Source of the DNA: an uncultured Planctomycetales bacterium
GTDB taxonomy: Bacteria > Planctomycetota > Phycisphaerae > UBA1845 > PWPN01
Reading direction: 5' to 3'
Length of the DNA: 64,000 nt
NCBI GenBank assembly: GCA_964548565.1
Contig: CAZJTF010000001.1
Coordinates: 212-64,211 of the forward strand
Position 1 is the first letter of the stretch, and each line of letters starts with the position of its first letter. The translations under genes were made by a program, and so were the position numbers. Under the pieces are notes generated by a model. The model ran no database searches, was not told the origin of the DNA, and was given only the letters and a program-made list of their open reading frames with translations. Shown here in pieces: positions 9,026-18,134 of this stretch.

Positions 9026-9493
9026 CTACTGCAGCGAAATCCGCGTTCCGCGATACGTCCCCAGCGGCCCGGCGTCGCCGTTCGTATCGTTGAACTCGAC
9101 GCAGAACTCGTCGCCGTCCTCCGTGAAGATAAACGTGACGATCGCGCGATAATCCGGGTCCCCGTTCTTGGGCCGCAGCAGCATGCCGAGCCGATTGCCC
9201 TCCAGGCGCGTCGGATCACTCACCAGGTCGCGATCGCCCGAATTGTCGTACGTCACGCCCGTCACGTGGACAAGCTCACCTTCCTGCACGAAGGTAATCG
9301 TGCCACGCAGCAGGAAGATGGAGTCGCCGGCGTAGCGGTACGTGCCCGCGACGTTAATCGAGGCCGAGGGCTGCTCCGCCGGACAGGTTTCCGCGGTGAG
9401 CGGCGCCCCGGTACACGACAGCATCGCCAGCGCCGCCCCCGCGGTGACGCCCACGAGCGCAAAGACCATCCGGTGAACGCGAACAGGTTGCAT
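9026..9493 (-). CDS. hypothetical lipoprotein
   Basis: Signal peptide with lipobox (VTAGAALAMLSC). GGGAGGA lies 6 nt upstream of the ATG. No recognisable domain. Confidence 0.6.
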   Translation of the reverse strand: MQPVRVHRMVFALVGVTAGAALAMLSCTGAPLTAETCPAEQPSASINVAGTYRYAGDSIFLLRGTITFVQEGELVHVTGVTYDNSGDRDLVSDPTRLEGNRLGMLLRPKNGDPDYRAIVTFIFTEDGDEFCVEFNDTNGDAGPLGTYRGTRISLQ

Positions 9494-9660
9494 GAAGGTC
9501 CTCCCGAGGGCCGCAATTCAATGCTGCTTCAGGATAGCGCGGGTCGACGCGATTCCCAGCAGGAGATCGAGGCCCTGCACCAGTGTACCAGCCTCGCACG
9601 GATCAGGTGGGGCCGGCCGCTCGACAACTGCTGCGGTGCACGTCGGCGGGCGCGTGGAGA

Positions 9661-10404
9661 TCAGTCCGGACGCTCGGCGTCAACGGGGGCCGCCGCAGAG
9701 CGGTCTTCCGGCTCGAGTGGCTCCTCTCCGCCCGGCGGGAGATGCGGCAGCGCCTGCGGAGGCACATTGTCGTCCACGCCGGCCTCCTGCATCATGCCCT
9801 TCTGCCGCCGGTGGAAGTAGACGGCCGCGGCGATGAACGCGGAGACGCCGACCAGGAGGATGATGAGGTGGGACGCCGTGCGAACGTCCTCCTGGATGCG
9901 GTCGAGGTTGTGTCCGAAGTACCGCCCCAGGAGCACGAGCGTGGGAACGCTGATGCAGGCCGCGAACCCGTTCACCGCGGCGAAGGTGATAAACCGCACA
10001 CCCAGCACGCCCGCCGCGACAAAGATCATCGGCCGCAACCCCGGCAGGAAGCGCCCGATGAACACGATCTTGATGCCGTGCCGCTGAAACAGCCGCTCGG
10101 CTGCCAGCAGGCGCGGCGCATTGACGAGCCGGCGCACGAACCGGTGTTCCACGATCTGGTGTCCGAATCGCGCACCCATGCTGTACAGGAGAAAATCGCC
10201 GCCAAGCACGCCCGCCATCGCGATGGGGATCATCACGTAGATGCTGGCCAGCCCCCGGTAGCAGAGAAATCCCGCGGTGAGGAGCGGAATGTCTTCCGGC
10301 AACGGGAGGCCCAGACTGCACGCGAGCAGGACCCCCAGAATGACGAGGTATGGCGCGAGCGTCCCGAGCTGGGCCCACTGCTCCAGTGAGGACTCATCGA
10401 ACAT
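9661..10404 (-). CDS. DedA/VTT-domain membrane protein
   Basis: LGLPLPEDIPLLTAGFL, GHQIVEHRF and FQRHGIKIVFIGRFLPGLR are DedA family motifs. The ATG at 10404 was chosen; the ORF extends to a GTG at 10461. Confidence 0.75.
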   Translation of the reverse strand: MFDESSLEQWAQLGTLAPYLVILGVLLACSLGLPLPEDIPLLTAGFLCYRGLASIYVMIPIAMAGVLGGDFLLYSMGARFGHQIVEHRFVRRLVNAPRLLAAERLFQRHGIKIVFIGRFLPGLRPMIFVAAGVLGVRFITFAAVNGFAACISVPTLVLLGRYFGHNLDRIQEDVRTASHLIILLVGVSAFIAAAVYFHRRQKGMMQEAGVDDNVPPQALPHLPPGGEEPLEPEDRSAAAPVDAERPD

Positions 10405-10528
10405 GCCGACCCGTATACCCGCTGCTATAATGCGAGGCAAATCCGGGCTGCGGGCGACCACATCACGCCGCGCGCCCTCCCCTCCCCGCGTGGGACGGGA
10501 TCGCCGTGTATTCTAGAGGCGTGACCAC

Positions 10529-10999
10529 ATGGAGCCGTCCGTGGCGCAGGAAAAATGGTACAAGGGGGGGCTGCGTTTCACCTGTACACAGTGCGGGAAC
10601 TGCTGCACGGGGGCCCCGGGCTACGTCTGGGTGACACGGGAGGAGATCCGGCGGATCGCTGAGTTTCTCGAGCGGGATAACGAGTGGCTTCCGCCGGACG
10701 AGCTGCGGCGCGTCGGCTTCAAGTACTCGCTGACGGAGAAGTCCAACGGCGACTGCGTTTACCTGCAGTCGGTGAATGGCAGGCGGATCTGCAGCATCTA
10801 CCCTGTCCGCCCGCTGCAATGCCGCACCTGGCCTTTCTGGGACGTCAACCTCAAGAATCCGCAGGCGTGGGCGGATGCCGCGGACAACGTTTGCCCCGGC
10901 ATGAACAACGGCAGGCAGCACGACTTCGTGGCCATCGAGCAGGTGCGGCTCCGCAAGAACTGGGACGACGAGTACCACCCGCCGGGCGGAAAAAAGTGA
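10529..10999 (+). CDS. YkgJ/UPF0153-type cysteine-cluster (zinc/iron-chelating) protein
   Basis: FTCTQCGNCCTGAPGYVWVTREEIRRIAEFL plus a distal CVYL..C..Y..RP.QCRTWPFW motif. Confidence 0.75.
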   Translation: MEPSVAQEKWYKGGLRFTCTQCGNCCTGAPGYVWVTREEIRRIAEFLERDNEWLPPDELRRVGFKYSLTEKSNGDCVYLQSVNGRRICSIYPVRPLQCRTWPFWDVNLKNPQAWADAADNVCPGMNNGRQHDFVAIEQVRLRKNWDDEYHPPGGKK

Positions 11000-11487
11000 G
11001 CCCCGGCGCCGGTCCGAACCTTCCCGTGCACGAATTGCGGGCGGCTGCTGCTCGCGCCGACGTTCTCGAGGCCATGCGCGCGTTCTACCAGGAAGCCGAC
11101 GCGGAGATCGCCGCCCGAAGCCCGACCTGCTGGAACCGGGGGCTCTGCTGCAACTTCGGCGGGTACGGGCATCGTCTCTACGTCACCACGCTCGAAGTGG
11201 CGTACTACCTCGGCGCCGGGGATCTCACCCGGGGCGCTGCATCCGCTGCGGGGCCCGCTGAGCTGGGGTCGGACGGATGTCCGGACGCGCGCGGAGGGAT
11301 TTGCCACGCCCGCGGGCGCCGTCCGCTCGGGTGCCGGATTTTTTTCTGCGATCCTGCGGCGCAGTTCTGGCAGGGCCCGATGACTGAGGAGTGGCTCGTC
11401 CGTTTGCGCCGGCTGCATGAGGAGCTGCAGGTTCCTTACTTCTACGCCGACTGGATGCACGTCCTGCGCGAACTGGCGCGGAGCTGA
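10996..11487 (+). CDS. second cysteine-cluster protein, YkgJ-like
   Basis: The GTG at 10996 overlaps the upstream stop (GTGA). Motifs: TCWNRGLCCNFGGYGHRLYVTTLEVAYYL and CHARGRRPLGCRIFFCDP. The longer ORF (from 10684) overlaps the previous gene and is rejected. Confidence 0.6.
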   Translation: MSPGAGPNLPVHELRAAAARADVLEAMRAFYQEADAEIAARSPTCWNRGLCCNFGGYGHRLYVTTLEVAYYLGAGDLTRGAASAAGPAELGSDGCPDARGGICHARGRRPLGCRIFFCDPAAQFWQGPMTEEWLVRLRRLHEELQVPYFYADWMHVLRELARS

Positions 11488-11815
11488 ACCGGTGCGGCAC
11501 TTCCCCGGTGGCGGCCGAGTTGAACAGTCAGAAGAATGTTTTAGTACCTCCAGCACTCCGATGCCTTGACTTTGCCCTGCGCGGGTCATAAGAGTCAAAG
11601 CACACGACGTGCAACCTCACCCGACAACTCATCAGCGTACGACACGGTTTTCGAACAGAACGCAGGCCCCCCGGGCTTACTGAGCACCGGCATGCGGGCA
11701 GCACGGCAGTCGGTTCCGCGCGCGGCGGAGAAACTGCATGTGCAAAAAGTCGATTGCACGCGAGCATTGTCGGACTCAGCTCAATTGTCGCGCGAGGCGC
11801 GTTCGTAAGTACGGG

Positions 11816-13288
11816 ATGATGAAGAGGAGACCAGGTATGAACAGGTTTGTGAGGCTAGTGGCTGGAGCCGGCTTGTGCGTCGGACTCTCGTGGACGACCT
11901 CTCTCGCGCAGAGCAGCGGCGGATCGAGCGGGTCCGCGGGTTCGAGCGGCAGTGGCACCTCCGGCGGGACGTCCGGGAGCAGCATGAACCAGAGCAGCGG
12001 CTCCACCAACCGCAACACAGGATCCGACACGAATCGCACGTGGAGCAGCGGCACCAACCGCGATACGTGGGGCAGCAGCAACAATCGTGACACGTGGGGC
12101 ACCAGCGACAACCGCAACACGTGGAGCAGCGGGCGCGATCGTGACAGCTGGAGCGACAGCGATCGTGGCGGCCAGAACCGTTCCCGCTACGGCTCACAAA
12201 GTGACCGGTACTCCGGCACCCAGAACCGCTACAGCCAGAATCGGTATCTGTCCGACGACCGCGACCGGAACTCGGACCGGTTTGGCTCGTCCGGCACGGC
12301 CGACCGTTCGCGCTATGGTTCCAGTCGCACGGGATGGAACCAGGACGACCGCAGCTCGGATCGCTACGGTGACAGCGGGCGCTACGGATCGAGCCGGTAC
12401 GGCGATACATACCGCGACCGCTACGGCTCCGACCGGTTCAACTCGTCCGACGATCGGTATGGCTCGACGTACGACTCGGATCGCTACGACTCCAACCGCT
12501 ACGGTTCCTCTTGGGATCGGTCGGATCGCAGCGACCGCAATATGAGCGGGCGATACGGCTCGTCCTACGGGAGCGACCGTGGCTACTCCGGGCAGGATCG
12601 CGCCGATCGCTACGGATCGAGCACCAGCGACCAGACGTGGCGCAGCTCCCGGACGGATCAGTACCGCGATCTCGCCCGCGATGGCAGCGATCGTGACAGC
12701 GAATTCTGGCGGTCGGGCGAAGACGATCGCTATCGCGACAGGGATTGGCGTGACCGCTACACGTCGGATTCCGACACGTACCGCTACAGTTCGCGGTACG
12801 GCTCCGATCGTTACTCGGATGATCGCGACATGGATCGCAGCCGCAGTACCTACGGCACGCAGGACCGCTACGGCTCCTCGTATGACCGCGACCGCAACTA
12901 CACCAGACGGTACGACAGCTCGGGCACGGGTTACGGCAGCAACCGGACCGGCACGGGAAGCTCGTACGACAGCAACCGGTACGGATCAGGAAGCTCGTAC
13001 AACACGAATCGGTACGGGTCAGGGAGCGCGTACGACAGCAGCCGCTACGGCTCGGGCAGTTCTTACGATCGCTCGGACCGCTCGACCAGCGGGTACCGCA
13101 CGTACGGTTCAGACAAGCGCGACAGCGACTGGAACCGCAGCTACCGATCCAGCGGCGACAACGATAACGACCGGTACGACAACCGTTCGTATCGCAGCAA
13201 TCGCTCGTGGGATTCAGACGACGACACCGGGTCGACCTGGCGGACCTCGCGTTCGCGTACGACCTGGAGCGATAACGATCAGGACTGA
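11816..13288 (+). CDS. secreted low-complexity S/R/D/Y/G/N-rich protein (DRYGSS / NRYGSGSSYD repeats)
   Basis: Signal peptide MMKRRPGMNRFVRLVAGAGLCVGLSWTTSLAQS. The following ~460 aa consist almost only of S, R, D, Y, G, N, T and W, with dozens of [DN]RYG[SD]S units. Followed by an intrinsic terminator. Confidence 0.65.
   Translation: MMKRRPGMNRFVRLVAGAGLCVGLSWTTSLAQSSGGSSGSAGSSGSGTSGGTSGSSMNQSSGSTNRNTGSDTNRTWSSGTNRDTWGSSNNRDTWGTSDNRNTWSSGRDRDSWSDSDRGGQNRSRYGSQSDRYSGTQNRYSQNRYLSDDRDRNSDRFGSSGTADRSRYGSSRTGWNQDDRSSDRYGDSGRYGSSRYGDTYRDRYGSDRFNSSDDRYGSTYDSDRYDSNRYGSSWDRSDRSDRNMSGRYGSSYGSDRGYSGQDRADRYGSSTSDQTWRSSRTDQYRDLARDGSDRDSEFWRSGEDDRYRDRDWRDRYTSDSDTYRYSSRYGSDRYSDDRDMDRSRSTYGTQDRYGSSYDRDRNYTRRYDSSGTGYGSNRTGTGSSYDSNRYGSGSSYNTNRYGSGSAYDSSRYGSGSSYDRSDRSTSGYRTYGSDKRDSDWNRSYRSSGDNDNDRYDNRSYRSNRSWDSDDDTGSTWRTSRSRTTWSDNDQD
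12959..13072 (+). repeat. 33-nt tandem repeat (about 3.4 copies) encoding SSY[DN]xxRYGSG
   Basis: Copy 1 at 12959-12991 is agctcgtacgacagcaaccggtacggatcagga. Copy 2 at 12992-13024 is agctcgtacaacacgaatcggtacgggtcaggg. Copy 3 at 13025-13057 is agcgcgtacgacagcagccgctacggctcgggc. A partial copy follows. Confidence 0.7.
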
Positions 13289-13301
13289 GTGAGCGGCCAC
13301 C

Positions 13302-13344
13302 GGATCCGCCGCCTGCCGTCTGCGGGCGGCGGATCCTTTCTTTC
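13302..13344 (+). terminator. intrinsic terminator
   Basis: Perfect 12-bp stem ggatccgccgcc / ggcggcggatcc with an 11-nt loop, followed by tttctttc. Confidence 0.7.
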
Positions 13345-13367
13345 ACATCCGCGACAGAGGAGAACCC

Positions 13368-15254
13368 ATGAACAGAGTATCTGTGCTGATTGCGGCTGCG
13401 CTGCTCACCGCCGGAACGGCCCTCGCGGCGGACGTCACCGGCGGAACAGACGCCGGTGGTCAAACGGGTGCGACCACGCAGCCCGCGCGATCCACTTCGG
13501 CGACCCAGCCGTCCGTCTCGCTGGCAACGCCTTCCACGTCCGCGCAGCGTCGGGACCGTGAGGCGGGGGACCTGCTCGCCAAAGCGACCGACATCATCGA
13601 TGCCCGCGTGCGGACGCGCGACGGTCAGGACATCGGAGAAGTCAAGGACCTGGGCCTCGACACAGACAACGGGCGCGTCGCCATCGCCGTGGTGGAGCGG
13701 GAGTCCGCAACTTCCGGACAGAAACTCGTGGCCGTCCCGTGGAGCGCGATTCGTCAGACCGGTGCTGGCGAAAACCTCCATTTTACAGTAGACTTCGACG
13801 CCGCGCGCCTCGCCAGCGCCCCGTCGTTCGACAGCGACAACTGGCCGGACCTGTCGGACCCACGATGGCTGCATTCCGCATACCGCGCATTCAATCAACG
13901 CCCGTACTGGGAGCGGGTTACGGACCGTCGGAGCCGCAGCGAGTGGTCGGAGGAGGATCGGACCGAGCGTCGGATGTGGGAGCCGCAGCGGGATCGGAAT
14001 CCACAGCCCTGGCTGCGCGAGGACCCGCGTTTCGACGAACGCCGGCAGACGTACGGCGATCGTTGGGACGATGAGCGCGACTGGCGGGAGCGCCAGCGGA
14101 GCTATGCCCGGCCGGACGAGTGGCAAAACGAGCGCCCGTGGCGTGACAATCGCGGTTCCCGCATGTGGGATGATGACGACCGCCGTTACGACGACTACCA
14201 GGAGCGTCCGCGCTGGTCCGAGCGCTGGGACGAGGTCCGACCCGGCAGCGGGCCGCAAAACTGGCGCGATCGCGACGACCGGTATGATGACCGCTACGAC
14301 CACCGCGGCGACCGCGAGTGGAGCCGCGAGCCCGGCCGGGACCGTTTCTGGCGCGAAGGCCAGAATCCACGCCGCGACGAGTGGCAGGATCGGGAAGGCC
14401 CGGTTTCGCGTGACCGGTATGGATCCGGCCCCGGCAATCGGATGGAGCGGCAGCGTTCGATCCCCAGTTACAACACGCCGGTGATCCGCAAAGCCAGCGA
14501 TGTCATTGGAATCGAGGTGACGAACCCCACCGGGCGGGACCTCGGCGACATCGAGGACCTGATGATCGAGACGCGTGAAGGGCGGATCGCCTACGCGGTG
14601 CTCTCGTTCGGCGGTTTTCTCGGGATCGGCGACAAGCTGTTCGCGATTCCCTGGCAGGCCTTCCAGTCGCGTGAGGCCGGCGAGTCGTTCGTGCTCAACG
14701 TTCCCAAGGCGCGCCTGGAACGGGCCCCTGGCTTCGACAAGGATAACTGGCCCGACATGGCGAGCGCCGACTGGGGGCGTGACATTTACGAGTACTACGG
14801 CTTCGAGCCGGATCTGGTGATCTACAGCTACACCATTTACGGCGAGCCGATCTCCGCCACGCAGCCGTCGGGCGCTGAGGACTCCGGCGACCGCGCGTAC
14901 CAGCGGCGGTTTGACCCGGCCGCCATCGAGACGCTCAGCGGCGAGATCGGGAGCATCACCCGGGCGGCTCCAACACCCGGGGCCTCCCGCGTCGTCATCC
15001 TGAGCGTCCGGACCGACGACGGCCGCACGCGGACCGTCCATCTCGGGCCCCCTGCGTTCGTGCGGAGCCGCCTGCCCGGCCTCGAGACCGGCAAGCGCGT
15101 GACCGTTCGCGGCTCGCGCGTGACGATCGACGGGCGGGAGGTCGTCATGGCAACCGAAGTGACCGAAGGCTCCCGCACGGTGCAGTTCCGACAGGGCGAT
15201 GGCAGCCCGCTGTGGGGCAGCCAGATGGACCGTGCCGGTCGCGGGCGCGAGTAA
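13368..15254 (+). CDS. secreted protein with two PRC-barrel domains separated by an R/D/E/W-rich low-complexity region
   Basis: Signal peptide MNRVSVLIAAALLTAGTALAA. PRC-barrel 1: IIDARVRTRDGQDIGEVKDLGLDTDNGRVAIAVVE..KLVAVPWSAI. PRC-barrel 2: VIGIEVTNPTGRDLGDIEDLMIETREGRIAYAVLSFGGFLGIGDKLFAIPWQAF. The ~200-aa linker reads DRWDDERDWRERQRSYARPDEWQNERPWRDNRG... Confidence 0.75.
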   Translation: MNRVSVLIAAALLTAGTALAADVTGGTDAGGQTGATTQPARSTSATQPSVSLATPSTSAQRRDREAGDLLAKATDIIDARVRTRDGQDIGEVKDLGLDTDNGRVAIAVVERESATSGQKLVAVPWSAIRQTGAGENLHFTVDFDAARLASAPSFDSDNWPDLSDPRWLHSAYRAFNQRPYWERVTDRRSRSEWSEEDRTERRMWEPQRDRNPQPWLREDPRFDERRQTYGDRWDDERDWRERQRSYARPDEWQNERPWRDNRGSRMWDDDDRRYDDYQERPRWSERWDEVRPGSGPQNWRDRDDRYDDRYDHRGDREWSREPGRDRFWREGQNPRRDEWQDREGPVSRDRYGSGPGNRMERQRSIPSYNTPVIRKASDVIGIEVTNPTGRDLGDIEDLMIETREGRIAYAVLSFGGFLGIGDKLFAIPWQAFQSREAGESFVLNVPKARLERAPGFDKDNWPDMASADWGRDIYEYYGFEPDLVIYSYTIYGEPISATQPSGAEDSGDRAYQRRFDPAAIETLSGEIGSITRAAPTPGASRVVILSVRTDDGRTRTVHLGPPAFVRSRLPGLETGKRVTVRGSRVTIDGREVVMATEVTEGSRTVQFRQGDGSPLWGSQMDRAGRGRE

Positions 15255-15329
15255 CCGGCGGCGTGGAGCGGGCATCTGCAGACAGCGGCCCGGCTCACGC
15301 AAGCTCATGCATACCTGTGATTTACGCGC

Positions 15330-15364
15330 GGGGCGGGCCGTCACCTTGACGGGCCGCCCCTTTG
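15330..15364 (+). terminator. intrinsic terminator (imperfect stem)
   Basis: Stem ggggcgggccgt / acgggccgcccc (one mismatch) followed by tttg, downstream of the PRC-barrel gene stop. Confidence 0.5.
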
Positions 15365-15374
15365 CTCAGATAAT
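15346..15374 (+). promoter_or_regulatory. sigma70-like promoter for rplU
   Basis: TTGACG (15346-15351), a 17-nt spacer, then GATAAT (15369-15374). It lies about 100 nt upstream of the rplU start, and the -35 sits inside the upstream terminator hairpin. Confidence 0.4.
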
Positions 15375-15472
15375 GCTGCGCTCGCATGTGCGGCAACCGG
15401 CCGCATGCGCCGGGTCGCCCCGCGATCCGGGCAAATTTGCAGACAGCGGATCTCCTCGAGGGAGTTTGGAAC

Positions 15473-15787
15473 GTGTACGCGATCTTTGAAGACGGCGGCA
15501 GGCAGTACAAGGTTTCGGCCGGTGACAAGGTCTACGTGGATGTGCGTGACCTGCCGGAGGGCCAGGAAACGATCGAGTTTGACCGCGTTCTCGCCCTGGG
15601 CGAGGGCGAGGCCGCCCGGATCGGGCAGCCGTTCGTGGACGGCGCCCGGGTGGTCGCCAAAGTGGATGGCGAACTGAAAGGCCCGAAGACGACCGGGATC
15701 AAGTATCGCCGCCGCAAACGCTATCGTCGCAAGTTCGGCCATCGCCAGAACCATCTGCAGGTCACGATCAGCGATATCATCGGCTGA
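15473..15787 (+). CDS. rplU: 50S ribosomal protein L21
   Basis: GTG start 8 nt after GGAG. (M)YAIFEDGGRQYKVSAGDKVYVD...GPKTTGIKYRRRKRYRRKFGHRQNHLQVTI matches the canonical L21 MYAI.E.GGKQYKV ... K.+KRK.Y++K.GHRQ. Confidence 0.9.
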   Translation: MYAIFEDGGRQYKVSAGDKVYVDVRDLPEGQETIEFDRVLALGEGEAARIGQPFVDGARVVAKVDGELKGPKTTGIKYRRRKRYRRKFGHRQNHLQVTISDIIG

Positions 15788-15924
15788 GATCCGTCCAGGC
15801 GGTGCCGGCCCCGCCGGCAGCCCGGGCGACCTGTCCATCCTTGACTTGATCTCCCGGCTTCCCGCACACTCTCGGGGACGCCGGGAGTTTTCGTATTCAG
15901 GCCCTGGCTTGCAGGAGGCTTTCC

Positions 15925-18132
15925 ATGACCTTTGGGCTGTCGCAGCGGGACGACGATTTCCTCCGACTCACAATTCTCACCTGTGTGTTCCTGCTCGCTG
16001 CCGGTACCGCCCTTGCCGCCTCCGGCTCCACCGGCCAGGCGGCAGGAGAGGGGCAGGCCACCGGCGCGCTCTCTCCCGAGGATTCCGCCAAGGCGGATCG
16101 CCTGCGCGAGGATCTCCGCCGCATGATTGCCTCCGCCCGCGACCGCGTCTTCCCGGCCCTGATCAACATCAACGTCGTGACGCTCGGCTACTGGGACGGC
16201 AAGGAGCGCAAGGGCCGATCCGTCGGCAGCGGTACTATTATCTCGCCGGAGGGATACGTCCTCACCAACCAGCACGTCACCGACAACGGCAAGAAGTTCA
16301 AGTGCATCCTCTCGGACAAGCAGGAGATCACCGCCGACCTGGTGGGCGAGGATCCGCTGACCGACCTGGCGGTGCTCAAGCTGCATCTGGGCGAGCTGCG
16401 GGACCCCGGCGCGCCCCTGCCCGTCGCCACGTTCGGCCGGTCAGACGATCTCCAGATCGGTGACTACGTGATGGCAATGGGCTCCCCATTCGCGCTGGCA
16501 CGCTCGGTGACGCTCGGCATCGTCTCTAACACCGAGCGCGTGCTGGCAGGCGGTGTCGGCGGCAGCGACGTTGAAGACATGGAGCTCGGCGAGGGCCAGC
16601 GCACCGGCCTCTTTACGCGGTGGATCCAGCATGATGCCCTGATCAATCCCGGCAACAGCGGTGGCCCGCTGGTGAACCTCAAGGGCGAGATCATCGGCAT
16701 CAATGAGCTCGGCGGCTCCGCCACGGGCTTCGCGATTCCGAGCGGACTCGCCCGGACTGTCGCCGAGGCGCTCATCCGGCATGGCGAGGTCCCGCGGAGC
16801 TGGATCGGAGCGAGTTTCCGCTCGATCGAGAAGACCGGCCTCGAAAAGGGTGTCCTCGTCAACTCCATCGTGAAGGGCGGGCCGGCCGAAAAAGCGGGGT
16901 TGCAGGCTGGCGACGTGATCCTCGCCATGAACGGCGAACCGGTGACCGTCCGTTTCGCCGAGGAAATCCCGCCGCTGCTCAAGCGGATCGCGGACCAGCC
17001 GATCGGCTCCGAGCTGCGGATTGCGTACACCCGCGGCGATGCCTCCCGGAATGCGACCATCACGACCGAGAAGCTCAAGAAAGACCGCGGCGACGAGAGT
17101 GCGTTCCGCGGCTGGGGCTTCACCGCGACCGAGATTACCGACAGGATTGCCCTCAACTGGCGCCTGGACAATAAGGAGGGCGCGATGCTCTCGGGTGTCC
17201 GCGACGGCGGCTCCGCCCAGCTGGCCGAACCACCCCTGCAGGCGGGCGACATCATCCGCTCCATTGATCGCCAGCCGATTCGCACGCTCGACGCCCTCGT
17301 CGCGCGCTACGAGAAAATCATGGAGACCAAGCCCCTCCCCGAGTACCTGCTTGTCGAGTTCGACCGCCGGGGCCGCAACCACGTGACGCTGCTCAAGCCC
17401 AAGCCGGACGAGGAGGAGCCGCCGCCGCGCGAGGTCCCCAAGGCGTGGATCGGCATCGCGACGCAGCCGGTGCTCGACAAGCTGGCCACCCGCCTGAAGG
17501 AATCGGGGGCCCGCGGTTTCCGCATCACGCGCGTCTACCCCGGCACAACCGCCGCCGAGAGCGGGCTGCAGGTCGGCGACATCGTGACCGCACTCAACGG
17601 CGAGAAGATCACCCCCCGCGGCATGCAGGACGCCGGCCTGCTCGCGCTCCGCGTGCGCAAGCTGAACATCGGCGACAAGGCGCGGCTCTCCGTCCTCCGC
17701 GGTGGCCAGCGCGAAGAGGTCACCGTCACGCTCGATCGCACCCGGATCACGCAGGAGGAGGCCCGCGTCGAGCGCAACCGCGACTTTGAGCTCACCGTGC
17801 GGGAGGTGACCTTCTTCGATCGCGACGAGAACCGCTGGGGCGACGACATCCAGGGCGTGATCGTGCAGCAGGTCGAGTCGGCCGGCTGGGCGGGGCTCGG
17901 CGGCGTCGAGACCGGCGACCTGATCCAGTGGATCCAGGGACGCGAGATCCGCGACCCCGCCGGCTTCAAGGCGGCCATGCAGGCCGTTTCGCAGGCGCAG
18001 CCCGAGCGCGTGGTCGTTGTCGTGCTCCGCGGCTCCCGCACGCGTTACCTCTATCTCGAGCCAGACTGGAAACCCGCGGCGGACCCGAAGAAAACCACGA
18101 CGACATCGTCGCCGGCAACTACAAAGGAGTGA
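15925..18132 (+). CDS. htrA: HtrA/DegP-family serine protease with four PDZ-like domains
   Basis: Signal/TM segment. Catalytic triad contexts are LTNQHV, TDLAVLKL and NPGNSGGPLVNL. Four G[LV]x.GD[IV]I-type PDZ segments follow: GLQAGDVILAMNG, LQAGDIIRSID, GLQVGDIVTALNG, VETGDLIQWIQG. Confidence 0.85.
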   Translation: MTFGLSQRDDDFLRLTILTCVFLLAAGTALAASGSTGQAAGEGQATGALSPEDSAKADRLREDLRRMIASARDRVFPALININVVTLGYWDGKERKGRSVGSGTIISPEGYVLTNQHVTDNGKKFKCILSDKQEITADLVGEDPLTDLAVLKLHLGELRDPGAPLPVATFGRSDDLQIGDYVMAMGSPFALARSVTLGIVSNTERVLAGGVGGSDVEDMELGEGQRTGLFTRWIQHDALINPGNSGGPLVNLKGEIIGINELGGSATGFAIPSGLARTVAEALIRHGEVPRSWIGASFRSIEKTGLEKGVLVNSIVKGGPAEKAGLQAGDVILAMNGEPVTVRFAEEIPPLLKRIADQPIGSELRIAYTRGDASRNATITTEKLKKDRGDESAFRGWGFTATEITDRIALNWRLDNKEGAMLSGVRDGGSAQLAEPPLQAGDIIRSIDRQPIRTLDALVARYEKIMETKPLPEYLLVEFDRRGRNHVTLLKPKPDEEEPPPREVPKAWIGIATQPVLDKLATRLKESGARGFRITRVYPGTTAAESGLQVGDIVTALNGEKITPRGMQDAGLLALRVRKLNIGDKARLSVLRGGQREEVTVTLDRTRITQEEARVERNRDFELTVREVTFFDRDENRWGDDIQGVIVQQVESAGWAGLGGVETGDLIQWIQGREIRDPAGFKAAMQAVSQAQPERVVVVVLRGSRTRYLYLEPDWKPAADPKKTTTTSSPATTKE

Positions 18133-18134
18133 AC

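Noticed and set aside
10684-10995. N-terminal 104 codons of the 267-aa ORF 10684..11487
   Set aside because: They fully overlap the well-supported YkgJ gene in another frame. A GTG at 10996 overlapping the upstream stop gives a coherent 163-aa protein.
12438-15344. 968-aa minus-strand ORF, the third-longest in the track
   Set aside because: It is antisense to two plus-strand genes that have signal peptides, SD sequences, PRC-barrel domains and flanking terminators. Its product is Arg/Pro/Gly-rich nonsense spanning an intergenic terminator. It is a typical high-GC shadow ORF.
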